Assembly: GCA_951406725.2 (NCBI GenBank)
Contig: OX597823.1
Location: 26,970,001 to 27,034,000 of the forward strand
Length of the DNA stretch: 64,000 nt
Direction of reading: 5' to 3'
Source: Octopus vulgaris
Taxonomy: Eukaryota
The first letter of the stretch is position 1, and every line of letters begins with the position of its first letter. Shown here in pieces: positions 26,601 through 41,174 of this stretch. Under the pieces are notes generated by a model. It was not told the origin of the DNA, did no database searches, and saw only the letters and a list, made by a program, of their open reading frames with translations. Position numbers and translations under genes: made by a program.

Positions 26601-26790
26601 AGTTTTAAAATATTTTTCACCCGTGAAGTATACGCACTATATTACCCAATATGCCATTTTTTCTTTAAGATGTTCATGTGTAATTTGTGTCAATCAGTTG
26701 TTTATTCTAGCTGGTCGAATGAACACATACAGGCCCCAACACTGACTCATATAATATATAGTGGTTTATTAATTTGAATTAATTTAGCCC

Positions 26791-26843
<53 letters not shown>

Positions 26844-26927
26844 TAGTCTCTGACTATTTCCTCTTTCTCACTAGACCGCTGGTGGCAAAATAATTTCTAT
26901 TGAATTTTTTGCTACTCTAATATTGAT

Positions 26928-27014
<87 letters not shown>

Positions 27015-27016
27015 GC

Positions 27017-27057
<41 letters not shown>

Positions 27058-27848
27058 TGCGTGTGTGCGTGCGACTTGTGGATATCAAGAGTAGTCCTAC
27101 TGATAAAGAAAACGAGTGTGTATTCTGGGTAGGAGAAATATTTAATTTGTTGTTACTAATTAAGAATTCTAAAACCATTATCAGCAGCAGTGGTAACCAT
27201 CAGATCGTTTATGTCAGTATCCAAGTTTGCTTTGAGACTCTTACCTGAGTTCACCAATGTGAAAATTGTTCACTCTGAGATCAGTGACTGTAATTTTCTA
27301 TCGAAGTCATTACTTACTGAGAAACAGCCTCGTGGCAAGCGACTCACTCACAATATTCAGATGGACATTGTTAAACGTAAGTTAAACTTATTAAATATTG
27401 CTTCCTAATCATATCATAATCATTAGCTGTAGTAGCTAAAGTTGAACACGTTGATGATGTTAAACTGCTGATGAAATTATTTAGGAAGGTAAGGTATTTT
27501 AGTCATAAAGGCTGAAAGCTAATAATGAGGAATTATCACTTTCGTTCAATGTTACGCCTATAAAATGACATAATTAAATATTAGTCCTCAGAACTGCCTT
27601 CGAGTCTTCAGAACTGTATTCTTGAAATTCTCCAGCTCTCCACAGATACTGAGTGTTTACTGAGATCTGCAATAGAATAATATTCACACATCTATTATAC
27701 ACTCGGGCACCATAGGCCGCATGAATATATATATAGTAGTAACAGAAAACAGAGATTTCGATTATCCCCGCGTCGCGAGTTGTAATGTATATAAGAAATT
27801 AAAAAAGGAAAATACGCACACTTACATAGTTTTAATATAATTTTTAAT

Positions 27849-27883
27849 ATATCGACCGGTTTCGCTATCGCTATTCATGATAT
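27849..27883 (-). ncRNA. Minimal type I hammerhead-like motif with A3-U8 core pair
   Basis: Minus strand: AUAUC AUGAAUA GC-GAUA-GC GAAA CCG GUC GAUAU. Confidence 0.6.
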
Positions 27884-29283
27884 TATGTTTTACTTATTCG
27901 AATATGTATTTTTTCTTAAGAAGAAATTTTGCCCATGAAATTCACGAGTGAATGAATTCACAAATAGATAAATAAATGGAGGTAATTGGTTATTGTTATT
28001 ATTGTTATTGTTGTGAGTAAGGGAGATAACTGTTCGGTAGTCGGTGAATATGTTCTTATGGTCAACTTGCAATTATTCGCGAGAACGTCTAGGCATTCTC
28101 ACTAATTCAACTCCCAACCAAATTGAAAGCAACTTTTTTTTTAGCAATTATGGTCCAGTGTTTTGAAATCAAATTATTGAAATTTCATTCATTCAAAAAA
28201 GAATTAGGTCAAAGTATGCGAGGTCAAAAGTGGGAGAGTCAGACAAAAAACTTGACTTTGAATCAACATATCTCAGTTATCTTAAGGGAAAAGTATAGAT
28301 TAATTGATTCTAAAAGAAAAAAAACGTGCTCATTAAGAAGAATATTTTGGTGGAAACGTTGTTAAACAAGATCAGTTAGGAAAAACGTTGTGTGGCTTTA
28401 AGTGACGAAAAATATATGGTAATCTCCAAAATTGAATTTGAATCAAAATATCTCAGCCATTGTTAAGATAAACCACAGAATAGTTCTGTTCAGATGAAAG
28501 AGCTCTATGAGATGAATCTTATGGTGGATACATGATCAAAAAATATCAACTACAAAAAAAGTGATGTGCTTTGAAGTGAGAGACAAAAAGGTGGTATTTT
28601 TGCCCTTTTAAGATATTTAGCATTATAAAATACAGTACTTGGTGTGAAGAGTTGCTTATCATAATGACGTTTCGTGCTTTTCTGGAATTAGAGATGTAAA
28701 TGATTCTCTGTAGCGGCTTGCTAGTCTTTTTTCCGTTTCTTAATGCTATTTACCTGATCTTTTAAGCTATTTTCATAGTCATTCTGCGTTCGAAGTTTTC
28801 TTTATTTTCTGTAAAATACCAACTGACTAGGCTTTCAGTGTTTGCTTATAAAACTGTATCATTCACCCACGGTAGAGAACTTTTAGTCACCTGCAAGCAT
28901 TCCTAAGGCTTCATCACTAAATCAGTTATCTTAAGTTAAGCTAATATTTTCAATCTTAATATTTCTTTGTATTAAGCATATTTTTAGTGTTACTAGAATG
29001 AAAACTATAATGGTAAATATAATTAATTATAATTATAGAAGCGGTGCCTGCAACGGAAGTCGATTAGAACGAATGAAAGATTATTCTTAAGTATTGAACT
29101 TAAAATATAGCTGCTGAAGTCAGAATTTAAAATGAAAAATAGTTATAAATACCCTTTTACGCATTTTATTTTCACTTAAAAGTTTAAATCAAAATACTCA
29201 AGATGTTATTTATTTTCAATTATAGTGAAAAGACTGATTACTTGCAAGTTTACACATGAACATTTAACATTTCAAATTTAGAA

Positions 29284-29795
29284 GACGGCGAGCCGGCAGA
29301 ATAGTTAGCCCGCCGGACGAAATGTTTAACGGTATTTCGACAGTTTTTAAGTTCTGAGTTCAAATTCCGGCGGGTTCGACTTTACTTTCCATCCTTTCAG
29401 TATCGATAAAATAAGTACTAGATGAGAACTGGGGCCCATGTAAATGACTTATCCCTCTCACCCCGAAATTACAGCGACTTTTTTCGTTGCACCCCGAAAC
29501 TGCTAACATTTTCGAAGGATGAAAGGGGAAATCGAGCACGGCGTAATTTGAACTCAGAACGTGAAGATCGACAAAATGCCGCTAAGCATTTTGACGTCGG
29601 CGTGCTTACGATTCTGCCAGGTCGCCATCTTACTCATAAATATAATATTAAACTCATATGTTGCGGCGAGCTGGTAGAATCGTTAGAACGTCGGGTAGAA
29701 ATGCTTAGCGGTAAATCATCGAGCACTAGATCGATGTAATCGACTCACATCTTCGCCTGAAATAACTGACCTTGCGCTAAAATGTGAAACCAATA
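29284..29795. mobile_element. Cluster of three tRNA-derived SINE copies in mixed orientation
   Basis: ggcggcgagctggcagaa...gttcaaattcc heads at ~29284 (+), ~29625 (-) and ~29663 (+). Confidence 0.75.
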
Positions 29796-30599
29796 TCAAA
29801 GACATATTAAGCCGAATATTGAGCAGTGCAGTTTTCGATGATCTATTAAAAATAGTATTTGTATTATAAAAAGTCAGTTACTCATTTGCTGAATTTTATA
29901 TTCTTTAAGCGCGAAATTGTATTCCAAGGATTCTAGCATGGTGTTACAGTTTTAAATTGATGTTCGATTTCACACTTCATGCTTTATGACAGCCAGTTTA
30001 TAAGTAAACAGGTTTTTCTGCTCTCTGAATAGTCCAGGCTATTATATGTAATTGCAATACGCTGCCGTCTTACTAGACAGAAATAGTATAATTAAAAAAC
30101 AAGCAAACTATAAAACAAAGAAATAGGAAAAAAGTAGGAATTGCATAGCCAAAGGGAAAAAAAAAACAAACGAAATAGATTTTAATGGATGAATATTATA
30201 TCGTAATTACTTGGGACAGTTTAAATTTTCTTCACGTCGATTAGCAACGCCGAGAAAGTAAACTGAAACACTGAAGCGGATATTGAAACTCTGTCACGAA
30301 ATCGGAAAGCTGTCGTCCCACCTGAAAGTCTCTCAGCATTATACAATAGCTTTCAATAATTACATTGTTACAGGAAGAAACATCTGTAACGGAAGAATAC
30401 AATGGACGGAATCAAGTTTTACACAAGACTGTAACTTCTTTTATTAACCTTGGAGACATGAAAGACAAGAGTCAAGCAGTATTTGAACTTGGAAAATAAA
30501 TACTATAATCTATAATCTTACCCAAGCTGCCACGCAGTGGGAGTGAACTCGGAACCATGTGGCTGGTAAGCAAACTACTTTATTTCATTCGATTTGCCA

Positions 30600-31440
30600 T
30601 TAAGGCATTACACAGAAAGAGTAGCTGCGGGCTAAGACCTCCGCAGTTAACTGTGGAGGCCAATCCGAGTCTTCAGTCCAGGGAAAGGTTCCCTCCCTCC
30701 GGCCCTCCAGCTTCTTTACAAAGCTGTGTATCACCCCTCCCTTATGAAAGAAGATAACAAAATCATCCGTCATCGCACTGGGAGGGGCCACAGTTTCCTC
30801 CGTCGGTGGCACAATTTCCATCGATGAGGTTTCAAAACATGCCGGCAGTGTACTACCAACCGCCGGTAATATCCCATTCGTTGTTACTTTTCTTTTTTTC
30901 CTCCCTTGTGCTACGGGAAGGTGTGGTACCTCCTCTTTATCCGGATGATCTTCCCTCCCTCTCGCAGCTTTAGGGTCCTTCGGTGGACAGCCATTGTTGC
31001 CCACCTTCTTTCTTTTCTTTTTTTTTTCGAGGAGGTCTCCGCCTCCTTGACTGCCTCCATCTCTCCCTCCAAAGGAGGAACGAGGGTGCTACTTTTATTA
31101 ACTGCTCCAGCACCATACTTTGATTTTGAGGACAGTGCTTCTTAATATGGCCCGGTTCCAGGCAGAGGTGACACTTGTGGGGAGGGGTGTCCCTCAAGAA
31201 TCACCGGATACCTAAAACCGGCTATTTTCAGAAAATCTAGAAACACCAGATTCTTGGCTGATTAGTCCACAGGGTCAAAAGCCCTTTTGACCCCACCCAA
31301 TCAGCCGCAGGCAAACTTTGACAATGAGGAGCTTGGCTCCGCTGCCACCCCACAATAGTGGGAAGAAACAATATTTCTTCGCCCTCTAAGGGCTGACTTG
31401 CAAAATTGTGAGTCTCTTCAGGGGTGTCAAATAGCTTTTA
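30600..31440 (-). pseudogene. ORF1/gag-like relic with intact CCHC knuckle
   Basis: PPHKCHLCLEPGHIKKHCP. Nucleotide similarity to 17131-17640. Confidence 0.7.
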
Positions 31441-31689
31441 ATTTATGTGCGTTTGTTGGGGTCTAATGTCACTCAAACACTCTGATACCCTCCACCCGTA
31501 TGCAAGAGGACTAATAGTTGAACTAATGACTTTTCAGATGATGTAAAACTTGCTGCCATTGTATACTAAGAATATATTTTAACTACTGTTTTATTTTTCA
31601 TGGGTGCATGGTAGTCTCATTTTCATAAAATGTGCTCAGCAATCCATGCTATGTAAGTGCAAATCCCAGCGCTTTGTGGGTTAAGAATA

Positions 31690-32525
31690 TTCTAAGATTC
31701 CGTCAAGCTCCACTTTGCCTTTCATCCTTTCGAGATCGATAAAATAAGTACTAGTTGAGTGTTGGGGTCCATGTAATCGACATATTGCACTCTCCACCAA
31801 AATTGCTGGCATTGTGCCAAAATTTGAAATAAATATTAAGCCAGTAAGCCGTGCAAAATGCTTAGCGTCATTTTGTCCGTATCTACTCCCTGAATTCAAA
31901 AGTCAACGAGGTTGACTTTATTTTTCATCTCTTTTCTTAGTCGAATAAGTAAGTATCTTCTTCCTCTTCAAATTCCAGGCTTTGTGCCTATAGTAGAAAG
32001 TATTATTATCACATTTGTTATTAAAGGAAGCGAGTGTGCATAGTTGTTAGTACGTCAGACAAAATGCTTTTCATCATTTCTTTCAGTGCTTTACCTTCTG
32101 AGTTCAAATCCCGCCATGATTAACTTTGGGGTCGATAAAATATCGTATTAGTTAAGAACTGGCTTCAATATAATCGACTTGTCATTCCACTCCAAAGCTA
32201 CTGGCCTTGTACCAAAATTTGAAGTAATTATCATTATTATTATTAAGGCGGCGAGCTGGCAGAATCTTTAAGCACGCCGGTAGAAATGTTTAGCGGCATT
32301 TTAGGGTCGATAAATTAAGCACCACTGAAACACTAGGGGTCGATGTAATCGGCTAGTTTCTGCCCTCAAAATCTCGGACCGTATGCCTTTAGTAGAAAGG
32401 ATTATTATTATTGTTAAGGCGGCGAGCTGCTAGAACTTCTTCAGTGTCGGACAACATACAAAGCTATATTTCTTCAGGATCTTTTACATTCTAAATTTAA
32501 GTACTTGTGCCAAACTTTGAAACCA
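31690..32525. mobile_element. Cluster of decayed tRNA-derived SINEs
   Basis: Repeated ctttcatcc / ggggtcgataaa / ccaaaatttgaa blocks and ggcggcgagctg heads. Confidence 0.7.
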
Positions 32526-34609
32526 TTATTTGTAATAAAAACACCATCTCAATAGCCGCTACACCCGGGGAAATTCGAACGAACGGAGTAAATGCAACGA
32601 TGCACCAATGCCATTATTACCTCACAACATCGTCCTCACAATCGCTACCATTACAGGCATAAACAACATAAACACAAGCACATTCTCGCACACACACACA
32701 CACACACACACACGTACACCGAAATTTTGTGCATCACCCCAATACGAACAAAAAAGACAAAACAGAAAATGAATCACTTACTGCAAAGTCATGAACACTA
32801 ACAGATTAATGAATTACATCAGCATACAAACTCTCGAGACGACAACTTATATCACACTAATAGCATACCGACAGATAATAATCACCCAAGTAGTAGAAGT
32901 GTGCTACCTTTAGATTGGGTTTTTGAACCATAATTTCTATTAAATATCTCCGGAGACCAATATTTAAATGGATTTAAGCTTAGAGTAAAAAGAGTTTTAT
33001 TTTCTTTGTATTGCAATAATATGTAGAAAAGTACTGCCACTACGAACTGTCACCTGTCTTCAACGGCGAATATTAATGAGACTATCAACATAATGCCTAT
33101 ATATCGTAATTCAAGTCGCTTTAGTGCTGAGCTCCTATGTGAAATGTTTATGCATTAATAATTCTGAGATGTAAAGGAAACCGTAGGAACACATTCCTTC
33201 ATTCTGAAGCAGCTATGACATTACTTTTGTGACAGACAGCCATAAAAATTATATCAAACCAAATGACTTGACAGGATATCAAATCTCGATGTGGCATATC
33301 TAAAGCCTGTTGATTCAGCAATGTTAACATCACACAATGGGAAGATTCAAGATTGACCGAGTGTGTAATATGATGTCATCTTTGCTGACCACACTTTTCT
33401 ATTTCTGATGTGTTAAAAAAAAAAAAAGATAAGGGAAAATAAACTTGGCTGATCCAATCATATCAAAGAAGGTGGGAGAAGAAAGAGAAAGCGATAAAGA
33501 AATACGATTATGTATTTTTGCCGATTATTAGCCCCCATCTTTGTGATTATGACAAAAATTTCAATATTCACATCTAATCTGTCTCATCTCCGACCATTAT
33601 TGTTCAGAAGGGGTACAGAATACCAAACCGAATTTGAATAAAACATTTGTTTCTAATCTAGAAGTAGCACGTGTGCCGGTGGTGTAATATATAAGAACAT
33701 TATTACACGTAGTTTAGAGTTATATTTTCTTAGCTCAAATCCAAACTAGAGCAATTTACGCTGCCTTTCATCCTTTCGGGGTCGATAAAATAAGCACCAG
33801 CTGAGTACTGAAAGTCTATGTAATCGAGTAACCCCTCCCCCGAACTTGCTGGCCGCGTGCAAAATTTTGAAATTATTATGCAGGTAGTTATTGGTTGTAT
33901 TCTCACAGTTAAGTAGTAGCTGTTCATAGCAATGAAATCAAGTGGAGGTAATAACAAAACAACTTAGCAGTGGAGGTAATGATAATAGCTTGTAGAGATT
34001 TTAATGTACTTCGAATTGATTCTGTTCACGTAGAGGGCGCATGGCTTAGTGGTTACACTTACGATCTCTAGAGCCTTGTTTCAATTCCTAGACCGGGTGG
34101 TACATTGTGTTCTTGAGTAAAACACTTAATCTCACCTTGTTCTGTGATTACTGCGACACTTCATGCGTGGTAGACCTGACCTTACACTTGTTCAGATAAC
34201 GTTTGATGGAGAGAGTAAGCTAATTGATTTTTTTTTTTTGGCTCACAAGGGTGCAACATAGAGGGGACAACACAGTCTGATTTGGGGACATACACACGAA
34301 TGAGAACAACATAAAATGGGTTTAAAATAAAAATAAATATAAAATCGGATGATAGGACAACAACATAAGACAATACAAATGGAGTGGGAAGACGGGTTTA
34401 GCTTGGATACCACAAGTCACGTTTCGCCACTGATACCTGGAGTAAGTCTTTTATCGTATTCATGTAGTTACATTCATTCGAAACATCCGTGCTACATTCA
34501 TCCATCGACTATTGAACATTTTCGCCGAGAGGCATCTTCTCTCTAACCCTATTTTTCTTTTCAGGTGAAAAGTGAAGAAATTCAAATGCATAACAATCAC
34601 GCAGCATCT

Positions 34610-34850
34610 TTCCACAATGGTTCTGGTTGACTTTCTGGTGTTTGTACTGATTATTTCTTGGATTTCCCGAACTAAGTTAAGTTTTCTAACAGTATTAGGA
34701 CCGTGTGCATGTGTTTCGCGCTTGGCTGCTGAAGATGGATCCCCGTCATTTGCTTCCAGCTCCTTTCAAATTTTGACAACCAAGGATCGAGCAATAGTCA
34801 GGAAGTGAGCTATCTCTATGTCACTAAGCTGCCCTTTTTTAAGTCATCGA
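34610..34850 (-). pseudogene. IS630-Tc1-mariner (maT-like) transposase N-terminal fragment
   Basis: Minus strand reads DIEIAHFLTIARSLVVKI*KELEANDGDPSSAAKR...VREIQEIISTNTRKSTRTI (HTH-type). Confidence 0.55.
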
Positions 34851-36143
34851 TTACAGTGTGTCTTTTTTATTTGCTGAGAGAACCTAGTGTCTGACATTAT
34901 TTATCTTAAAATAAATTAAGGTAAAAAAATAAATAACTTAGAAGTAAGCTAGAGCTCTCGAAAGAAGTATCCTCAAAGACTGACGCACACTATATGTGCA
35001 CATTTCTTGAAATAATAACCAAAGTAAAATGGCAGTTAAACGTGAATGAAATCAACAAATTGATACAATAAATTGCAGTAGGTAAACGTATTAAATCATC
35101 TACAACGATGAGAAATGTGCCTGTGTTTCGAATAATGCAATTTTGGCAGCATAAGAACTTTCAAGTAAGCAATAATTTTAATTAAAATTAACGGTTACAT
35201 AACGTTCCACCTCTCATCAAAATCTAATCTCTGTTGCCAGAATATATGAAAACTACATTTCTCTTCTCTTGAAAACTAATTCTATATTCCGTGACTTCAA
35301 GGAAACACTTCTAATTGCCATTACCTCATGTAGTACAAGTACTAATATATCTTTGTGCTGCAAAACTGGTAGCTGGTTGAGAGAAAGAATTCAGCGCAGA
35401 ATTTTTATTAAATGTTTTTAAACTGAGCTCGTGAACCGTACAAGGCTTCAAAACTTCTGGTACGAATGCTTGTAACATAGTAGACTCCTCGAAGGCACCC
35501 AAGATGCCAAGTGGCGATGCGAAACCAGGAGACGGGTTAAGTCTAGCACCCAAGAAGGTCGTGTTGGGATTTCAACTCAGAACACAAAGTGCAATATAAC
35601 GCATCCTACGTTCTCACAGTTCCTTCACCCCACCGCCTTGGATTGATATTTTTATCGACACCGAAAGGATATCAGACAAAGCTCACTGCGGCGAGATTTG
35701 AACTCAGAACTTAGGGAGTGGGAACAAATGCTGCGAAGCAGTCTGTCAGATGCTCTAAGTGTTTCATCAATTTGCCACCCATAACAAAATGCATTAAATT
35801 TGCGTTATTCCTTAATCGCTTTGCAAGTAAATTCGTGTTATACCTTTGTATATTTGTGGTAGACATATTTTATGTCTATGATATTTTTGTCTGCAGTGTT
35901 GAGGAAATTAACGTATTCTTTTTATCGTGACGATTCCTAAACAAGTATTCCATTAAATCGTTGAATAGCTTTCCTCACTGATAGCGCATGGCCGAGAGGT
36001 TAAGATGCTCAGCTTAAAATAATAAAGTCACGGTCTAATTCTCAGGCAGGGCAGCATGTTATGCGCATCATTTCACATTGCTTCACTCTGCTGAGCTGTT
36101 ACATCCTGGATATACCGCTAGATCAAAATTGAGTGGTCTAATA

Positions 36144-37441
36144 CGAGGGGTGTTCATTGAAGATTTCCCCCTGACCCACTTCCCAAGAACTGTGATAAAC
36201 GAAACTTGGCATAATCATTAGTCCTTCTCTATATAGCCACCACCAATGGTGACATCTCCCATCACTTTATGTAGCTGTGAAAACCTCGTCCGTACAAGTC
36301 GGAAGGTTGGGTCTGGGGTCAAGACTTTATTTCGGAAATAAGTTCATCATCATCCGAAAAGTGATTCCCCTTCTAAAAAGACTTCGTGTTTCGCTAGAGG
36401 CGGAAGTCAGGTGGTGCGAGGTCGGGAGAGTAAGGGGGATGAGGAAGGATTTCATTGCTGCAGGGGAGTGCTTTCATCTGGGCAACATGCGCATTGTGAA
36501 CTGGGTGTTGTCGTAGAGGAGGCGGACTCATTTAGTCAGCACGTCACATCAATCTGCCTTGATGGCGTCCCGCAATTTCTGCAGCAGAGAAGGATAATAT
36601 GCCCTGTTAACTGTGGTGCCCTTCGCCAGAAAACCCATCATCACTACTCTACACTGGTTCCAAAAGACTGTGAGCATCACCTTGCCTGCTCAGGGTTGGA
36701 CACGAGCCTTCTTTGGGGATGATGAGTTATTATGCTTGCATTGCTTTGACTGGACTTTAGTCTCGGGATCATAGTGATGGAATTAGTGACACATAATTCA
36801 TCCTGTGTGATATGTCTGCCCCCAACTCCTCCTCGTTTTCTTGGTACATTGCCAAAAGATCTTGGGAGCAATCGACTCGTTCCTGCTTCTGAAAAGGTAT
36901 GAGCATTCGGGGACTCCATCATGCTGACAACTTCCGCATGTGCAAATGGTCGTAAATGATTTTTTTCCACGGACGCTACACTTATCTTCATTTCTTGGAC
37001 TAGTTGCCGAATAGTTACGCAGCGATTCTCCAAAACGGCGACTTCCACTTTATGGGTGCTGTCGTCATCAATAGTAGAATGTGGTCGTCCAGGAAGAGGA
37101 GTAGTTTCCACCGATGCCCCACCACATTTGGACTGATCATTCCAGCACTTGGCTATGTCGTATGATGGTGCATTGACATTATAAACTTCTTTCATCTCAT
37201 CGAAAGTCTCTTTTGGTGTACGACCTAACAAGTATAAGAACCTGATCACTGATCTGCATTCAACTGCCTCCATTATAACACATTAGTCCACTTCAGCAGC
37301 TGTAAATGACAAACGAATACTAGTAGAAAGCTGTAATTTACAATGTGACATATAGAGACATGTATGATTATACCTGTACAAGTTCCGTTTCCTGCAATAA
37401 CCGGAAGGGGGTCGAGAGAAATCATTAATGAATACCCCTCG
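36144..37441 (-). mobile_element. Full-length (1298 bp) decayed mariner transposon with TIRs and TA TSD
   Basis: TA-cgaggggtgttcattgaagatttc ... gaaatcattaatgaatacccctcg-TA. Transposase from ATG 37273 (MEAVECRSVIRFL), with PHPPYSPDLAP near 36410-36445. Frameshifted. Confidence 0.92.
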
Positions 37442-38949
37442 TATGTTCGCGACTAAATAAATACCTAGAACAACTGGTTAACATGCCACCAAGCTTTTTC
37501 TCGCGCAAGTGGCATCTGTCTATCTAAATCCTTGTCTATTGTACAGATTTACTAGATGCAGCCCAATAGCTGTGTTTACTCCTCTTCTCGAGTCTTCTTT
37601 GTTTCGTCATTCTTTAAGTGGCTGACGTTCTCTTTATTTTCACGTTGTTTGCGTGAAGATAGATGTTTCTGCATTCTTAACTAATGATTGGCTTCTGGAG
37701 ATTAATCTTTTCTTTCGATATTTCTGCAAATATTTCATTAATTAATTTGTTCGTTCTGATATTATCATTGTTCCGACTGCTTTCAGTATTTCTACAGTTG
37801 CGTCATTTCATTGTCACTATTTTATTATTAAGTTCTGTCTTGCGGATGTTATTAGTTAGTAGGCGGTCCTTTTCATTCTTTAACAATAGTCACTTTAAAA
37901 TTATTTTTATAATCCTACTTTTTAGTTTTAAGTCTTTATTTTTCTTCTACAGCAGAATTACAGCAGAATTATTTTTGCATGATGCTACGCAGTAACTGCA
38001 TAAACATAAACATTCAATTAACGCTAGAAACATAACCTCCTTTAGATCATAGGCAAATCTAATATTTCAAATTTCAAATATTATCACCGATAAATAAGAC
38101 AAAAGAAATGGGGATTATCCACATAAAAGTATAGCAGTCATATATAAGCATCATTGCAGAATGTTGTTTGTTATAACTACACTCCGCCATAGAAATTATA
38201 AAATAAACAAATGTCGTATGACAAAACCCTATTCAAATGAAAATACTTTCTAAGATAACATGAACTTAGCAGAAGAACCATGTTCTACGGCTTAATTAGA
38301 AGCAAAGAACATAACCCTAATCCTAACCCTAACCCTTCCAGGACTTTCAAAGGCATTCAGTAGAGTAAAACCGACATAACATAAATTACTGAGCAAGGAA
38401 AATAAAAATACCAGAACATTAAATTATTCTAGAGTGGAATCCTGATTCAAATGATTACAATAGCAAAAATATGGCGGTGGTTTTAAAGATGGAGCTAAAT
38501 TAAAATTATCAGCACCACCACCGCCACTCAAAAACAGGTACAGTATATACCGAGGTGTTTCGCAGTTTCTGTGTGCTTCATTTTACTCACAATACTCTAG
38601 CTATTGTAGAAGTCACGTGTCAAATGTATTACACTGTCAAATCGAACCAAGATCCAAGTGACTGCCGTGTGAATTTAACCAATCAACTTATACCAATATG
38701 CGTGTTCGTGTGTTTTGTGATAATGTGAAAGCCTAATGTTTCGGACAAGGGTGATATCGAAGAAAATAACATGCTATCGGTCAACTCGAACCAAAGATCT
38801 AATTCTTATAAATGAAACACACTATGTTTGTAGACATTAGTCAACAAACAATACGTGTAGCAATTGAAACAATACTTACATTGGTAAAAGACAACGTTGC
38901 ACAAAATGATAACTCAGCAAGAACTAAGAAATACAGCATTTTGCTTTCT

Positions 38950-41140
38950 AGTGATATAGTATAACAGTCAACAGCAACTGAGAACACACAAATTCTAAAC
39001 TCTATCGCATGAGTTAATCATCAATACTGTATCCTTCAGGCTTCCATCACTGAGTGTCGGAGTAAATACTCTAGCTGAGATTTCTGTTATTGCTGGGTAA
39101 ACATGTGAAGTAATAAATCCTCCAAAACATTATCTGTCTGTGGAGATTTCTCCGCAACTGTGGTATCTTTATTAAAAGACACAGTACTCTTCTGATTTAA
39201 TTCAAATCAGGACGTGACACCAAACTACGAAAAGGGAGTGACGGTGAAAATGAATGTAACTTGATTTAGTTTTCGAGAGCTCAAATTTGCCGTTGCAAGC
39301 GTTATTATTTTTAGGTCAGTGAAATCATGTTAAGAATACATGACCTGAATTTATTAACCATGTTAGGAGAATGGTAATTTGGAAGAACTTTTTAGGAAAT
39401 CTGAAAAATCGCTCACTTGGAGTTTTATTGGTGGCTTTGCAAAGCAATGGTAGATTTCCAGTAGTAGAGATTCCCATTTACTTTCAGGAACACAATGTAA
39501 CTCGGTCTTCCATATAATGACTGCTCCCTGTTGCATAGTAACGTGTGGTTTTACTAGATGACACAGCTTGATAAGATAGATAATTTTTCACGTCACGCGA
39601 CTGTTGTAGTTGTAGTTATAATTTTTCAGGGATTAGTAATAACGAACTTGGAATATTCCTAAACAGCAGTAAAAATGGATGTACTGCTCGAGGAATATCG
39701 AAGAGCATCTTCGAAGTCAATGCTCACTGTTTCTATTGGTTGTAAAGTTTTGATTAGGACATACACACTTATCTTGTAAAACGGGATGGTAGGGTTATAA
39801 CTGTCAAGGGCAACCGCCACAATGTATTCAAAATATCAAAGACTGTAAATAATTCTTAGTGTAGAAGAAATGTTATAGAACTCTGTAGAAAGGACTCGAT
39901 TTATGAGAAAACGGCGGAATCCACCTGGCGCAATAAGCGAACTTTCTAGGCAGCAGTTGAACGAAATGCAGGTAGCTACAATTCCAGAAGTGGCTTCAAC
40001 CGCTCAGGATCCATTCTCAGGTTGGTAGCTTTGATGGTCACCAAAAGTTGAAGGTATAACAGATTTTGATTCATTAAAAATCAATTTTATCTTTTCAGAA
40101 GCATATAGAAACTTTTCTACGTTCGAATAATAGGCTCCCTGATGTTGACAACCTGCAGCAATGCTGAAAGGATCACGGAAGATCGCCTCTTCTACAAATT
40201 TATTTATGGCTCTTTCGAAGCGATTACACTGGAAACTCCAAATGGCCAAAGAGTACACAGATAAACTGTTAGATTCACTTCAAACAAAGGAAAAGACTAC
40301 TAAGAAGTATTAATACAGAACTGGGGATATGTATTCTTAAAATGAAAAATTGAGAACATATATGTTGCTGAACATTTCGGCCATAGTTTTACAACGAATA
40401 TGCACGAAGTCGAGTATAAATGCACCATAAAAGTGGTGTACGTTTAAAAACAAGGCCAGCAATTTTGAGAAGTGTGGTTAGTTGATGACATCCATCTCAG
40501 TACTTTAATACTTAAGTTTATCGACTCGGAAAGGAAGAAAGGTAAAGTTAGCGAGGGTGGAAGTTGAACTCAGAATGTAAAGAGGTGGAAAAAATATCGC
40601 TAGGCAACTGTCCAATTGTTTAACGAGTCTTTCATCTCAACGCCAGACACAAGGCCTGAAATGTTTGGGGAGAGGGCCAGTCGATTAGATCGACTCCAGT
40701 ACGCAACTGGTACTTAATTTATCGACCCCGAAAGGCAAAGGCGACCTCGGCGGAATTTGAACTCAGAACATAAAGACAGACGAAATACGGCTACGCATTT
40801 CGCCCGGTGTGCTAACATTTCTGCCAGTTCGGCGTCTTACTGTAAACGTATAATAGACGCGCAATTGCTTCTATATCATTTACAGTCTTTGCTTAAAGTC
40901 ACCACCTTTGCACACCGCCGAGATTTATTTAGTTCTGCAATATTCTTCAGAATATAACCGCTGAATTTCTTGAGACATATATTCTTGATCAACAGGATCG
41001 AAATTCTTGGATTTAGCAGCTTTATTAAACGTTTGATATTTTTCATAATGGAATGATAATGGATTATGGTGAGGGCGTATAGAAGGAAATTTAAAAGCGG
41101 ACAATGTTACTTCCATTTTACATGCCTTTCTTAGAGTCAA
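38950..41140 (-). mobile_element. Heavily decayed Ty3/gypsy pol relic (RT to integrase), interrupted by SINEs
   Basis: QEYMSQEIQRLYSE, NVEKFL...IFNESKSV and DPERLKP-like RT segments. Integrase-like SKTTRYY/IIWKT remnants near 39500-39560. No LTRs seen. Confidence 0.55.
40646..40839 (-). mobile_element. tRNA-derived SINE, near full length
   Basis: Minus strand gacgccgaactggcagaaa...gagttcaaattccgccgaggtcgcc...ggggtcgataaattaagtaccag. Confidence 0.85.
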
Positions 41141-41174
41141 TCATTAAGCAAATAATTATTTCATCTGATCTGAT

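Noticed and set aside
27190-27494. Open frames ending at strong-looking donors (gtaagt at 27377, gtaagg at 27489)
   Set aside because: Weak acceptors, a very short implied intron and no recognisable peptide.
28250-28600. Two degenerate ~180-bp direct repeats (tttgaatcaanatatctcag)
   Set aside because: Too decayed to assign. Probably internal repeats of an old DNA transposon, and no termini were found.
34544-34808. Apparent + strand exon: branch point, polypyrimidine tract, AG and a signal-peptide-like ORF (MVLVDFLVFVLII)
   Set aside because: The opposite strand reads as a transposase HTH fragment, so the hydrophobic ORF is most likely its antisense shadow.
38313-38336. Telomere-like taaccc repeats
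   Set aside because: Only about four imperfect units, too short to call an interstitial telomere.
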